DNA of 64,000 nucleotides from an uncultured virus (IMG/VR IMGVR_UViG_2061766007_000638) (Duplodnaviria; Heunggongvirae; Uroviricota; Caudoviricetes): IMG/VR virus record IMGVR_UViG_2061766007_000638; one strand, 5' to 3'. Shown piece by piece: positions 63,752 to 64,000 of this stretch (position 1 is its first letter; each line of letters starts with the position of its first letter). The notes under the pieces were generated by a model. It saw only the letters and a program-made list of their open reading frames with translations, ran no database searches and was not told where the DNA came from. The position numbers and the translations under genes were made by a program.

Positions 63752-64000
63752 TCAATCAAGTCCTTTCCAATAATTCTATAATTACCAAATCCATTGTTTT
63801 CTACGGTGTAAATATAATTTCCAATATGTTTCTTAAAAACTTTTTTTGTTGACTGCTCTTTCGTAATATTTGTAGCAATCTCACTCATAACATGAGCGTA
63901 TTCCTGTTTAGGCAAAACAACGGTCGGAAAATCTTTACTTTTTCGTGCAAATAATTGTATATCTACATGTTTATTTTCGTTATCAATTATACCACCATTC
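63748..64000 (-). CDS. C-terminal extension of a probable MuF/minor capsid protein (partial)
   Basis: My translation: NGGIIDNENKHVDIQLFARKSKDFPTVVLPKQEYAHVMSEIATN...GFGNYRIIGKDLIE*. Confidence 0.5.
   Translation of the reverse strand, partial: NGGIIDNENKHVDIQLFARKSKDFPTVVLPKQEYAHVMSEIATNITKEQSTKKVFKKHIGNYIYTVENNGFGNYRIIGKDLIE

Overview
The window is all temperate-phage DNA, with gene content typical of Firmicutes (Clostridia-like) siphoviruses. It lies on a gapped scaffold in which many N-runs join allelic or unrelated fragments, so it is a composite of several related phages, not one genome. 1-~41650 (mostly + strand) is a near-complete HK97-type siphovirus: terS-terL-portal-ClpP protease-capsid, head-tail and tail genes, tail fibre, holin and CHAP/SH3 endolysin, an apparently intact attP, integrase, cI/cro switch, Rha, a Sak4/helicase/VRR-NUC/DUF669/P4-primase replication module, an ArpU-like activator and HNH. 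~41660-44280 holds late-promoter and packaging fragments of other phages. 44706-58480 (- strand) is the early/replication module of a second phage. 58875-64000 holds accessory, lysis and head-region fragments. Most notable: (1) a duplicated non-coding hairpin carrying ACAGCAA plus an isolated tRNA(CAU) anticodon stem-loop, a candidate anticodon-mimic RNA; (2) an apparently autoregulated acr-aca-like two-gene operon whose first gene has ADP-ribosyltransferase-like motifs; (3) a Tad1 anti-Thoeris fragment missing from the ORF track; (4) a MuF-type toxin/immunity pair; (5) a face-to-face promoter lysis/lysogeny switch. All family calls come from motif recognition by eye, not database searches.
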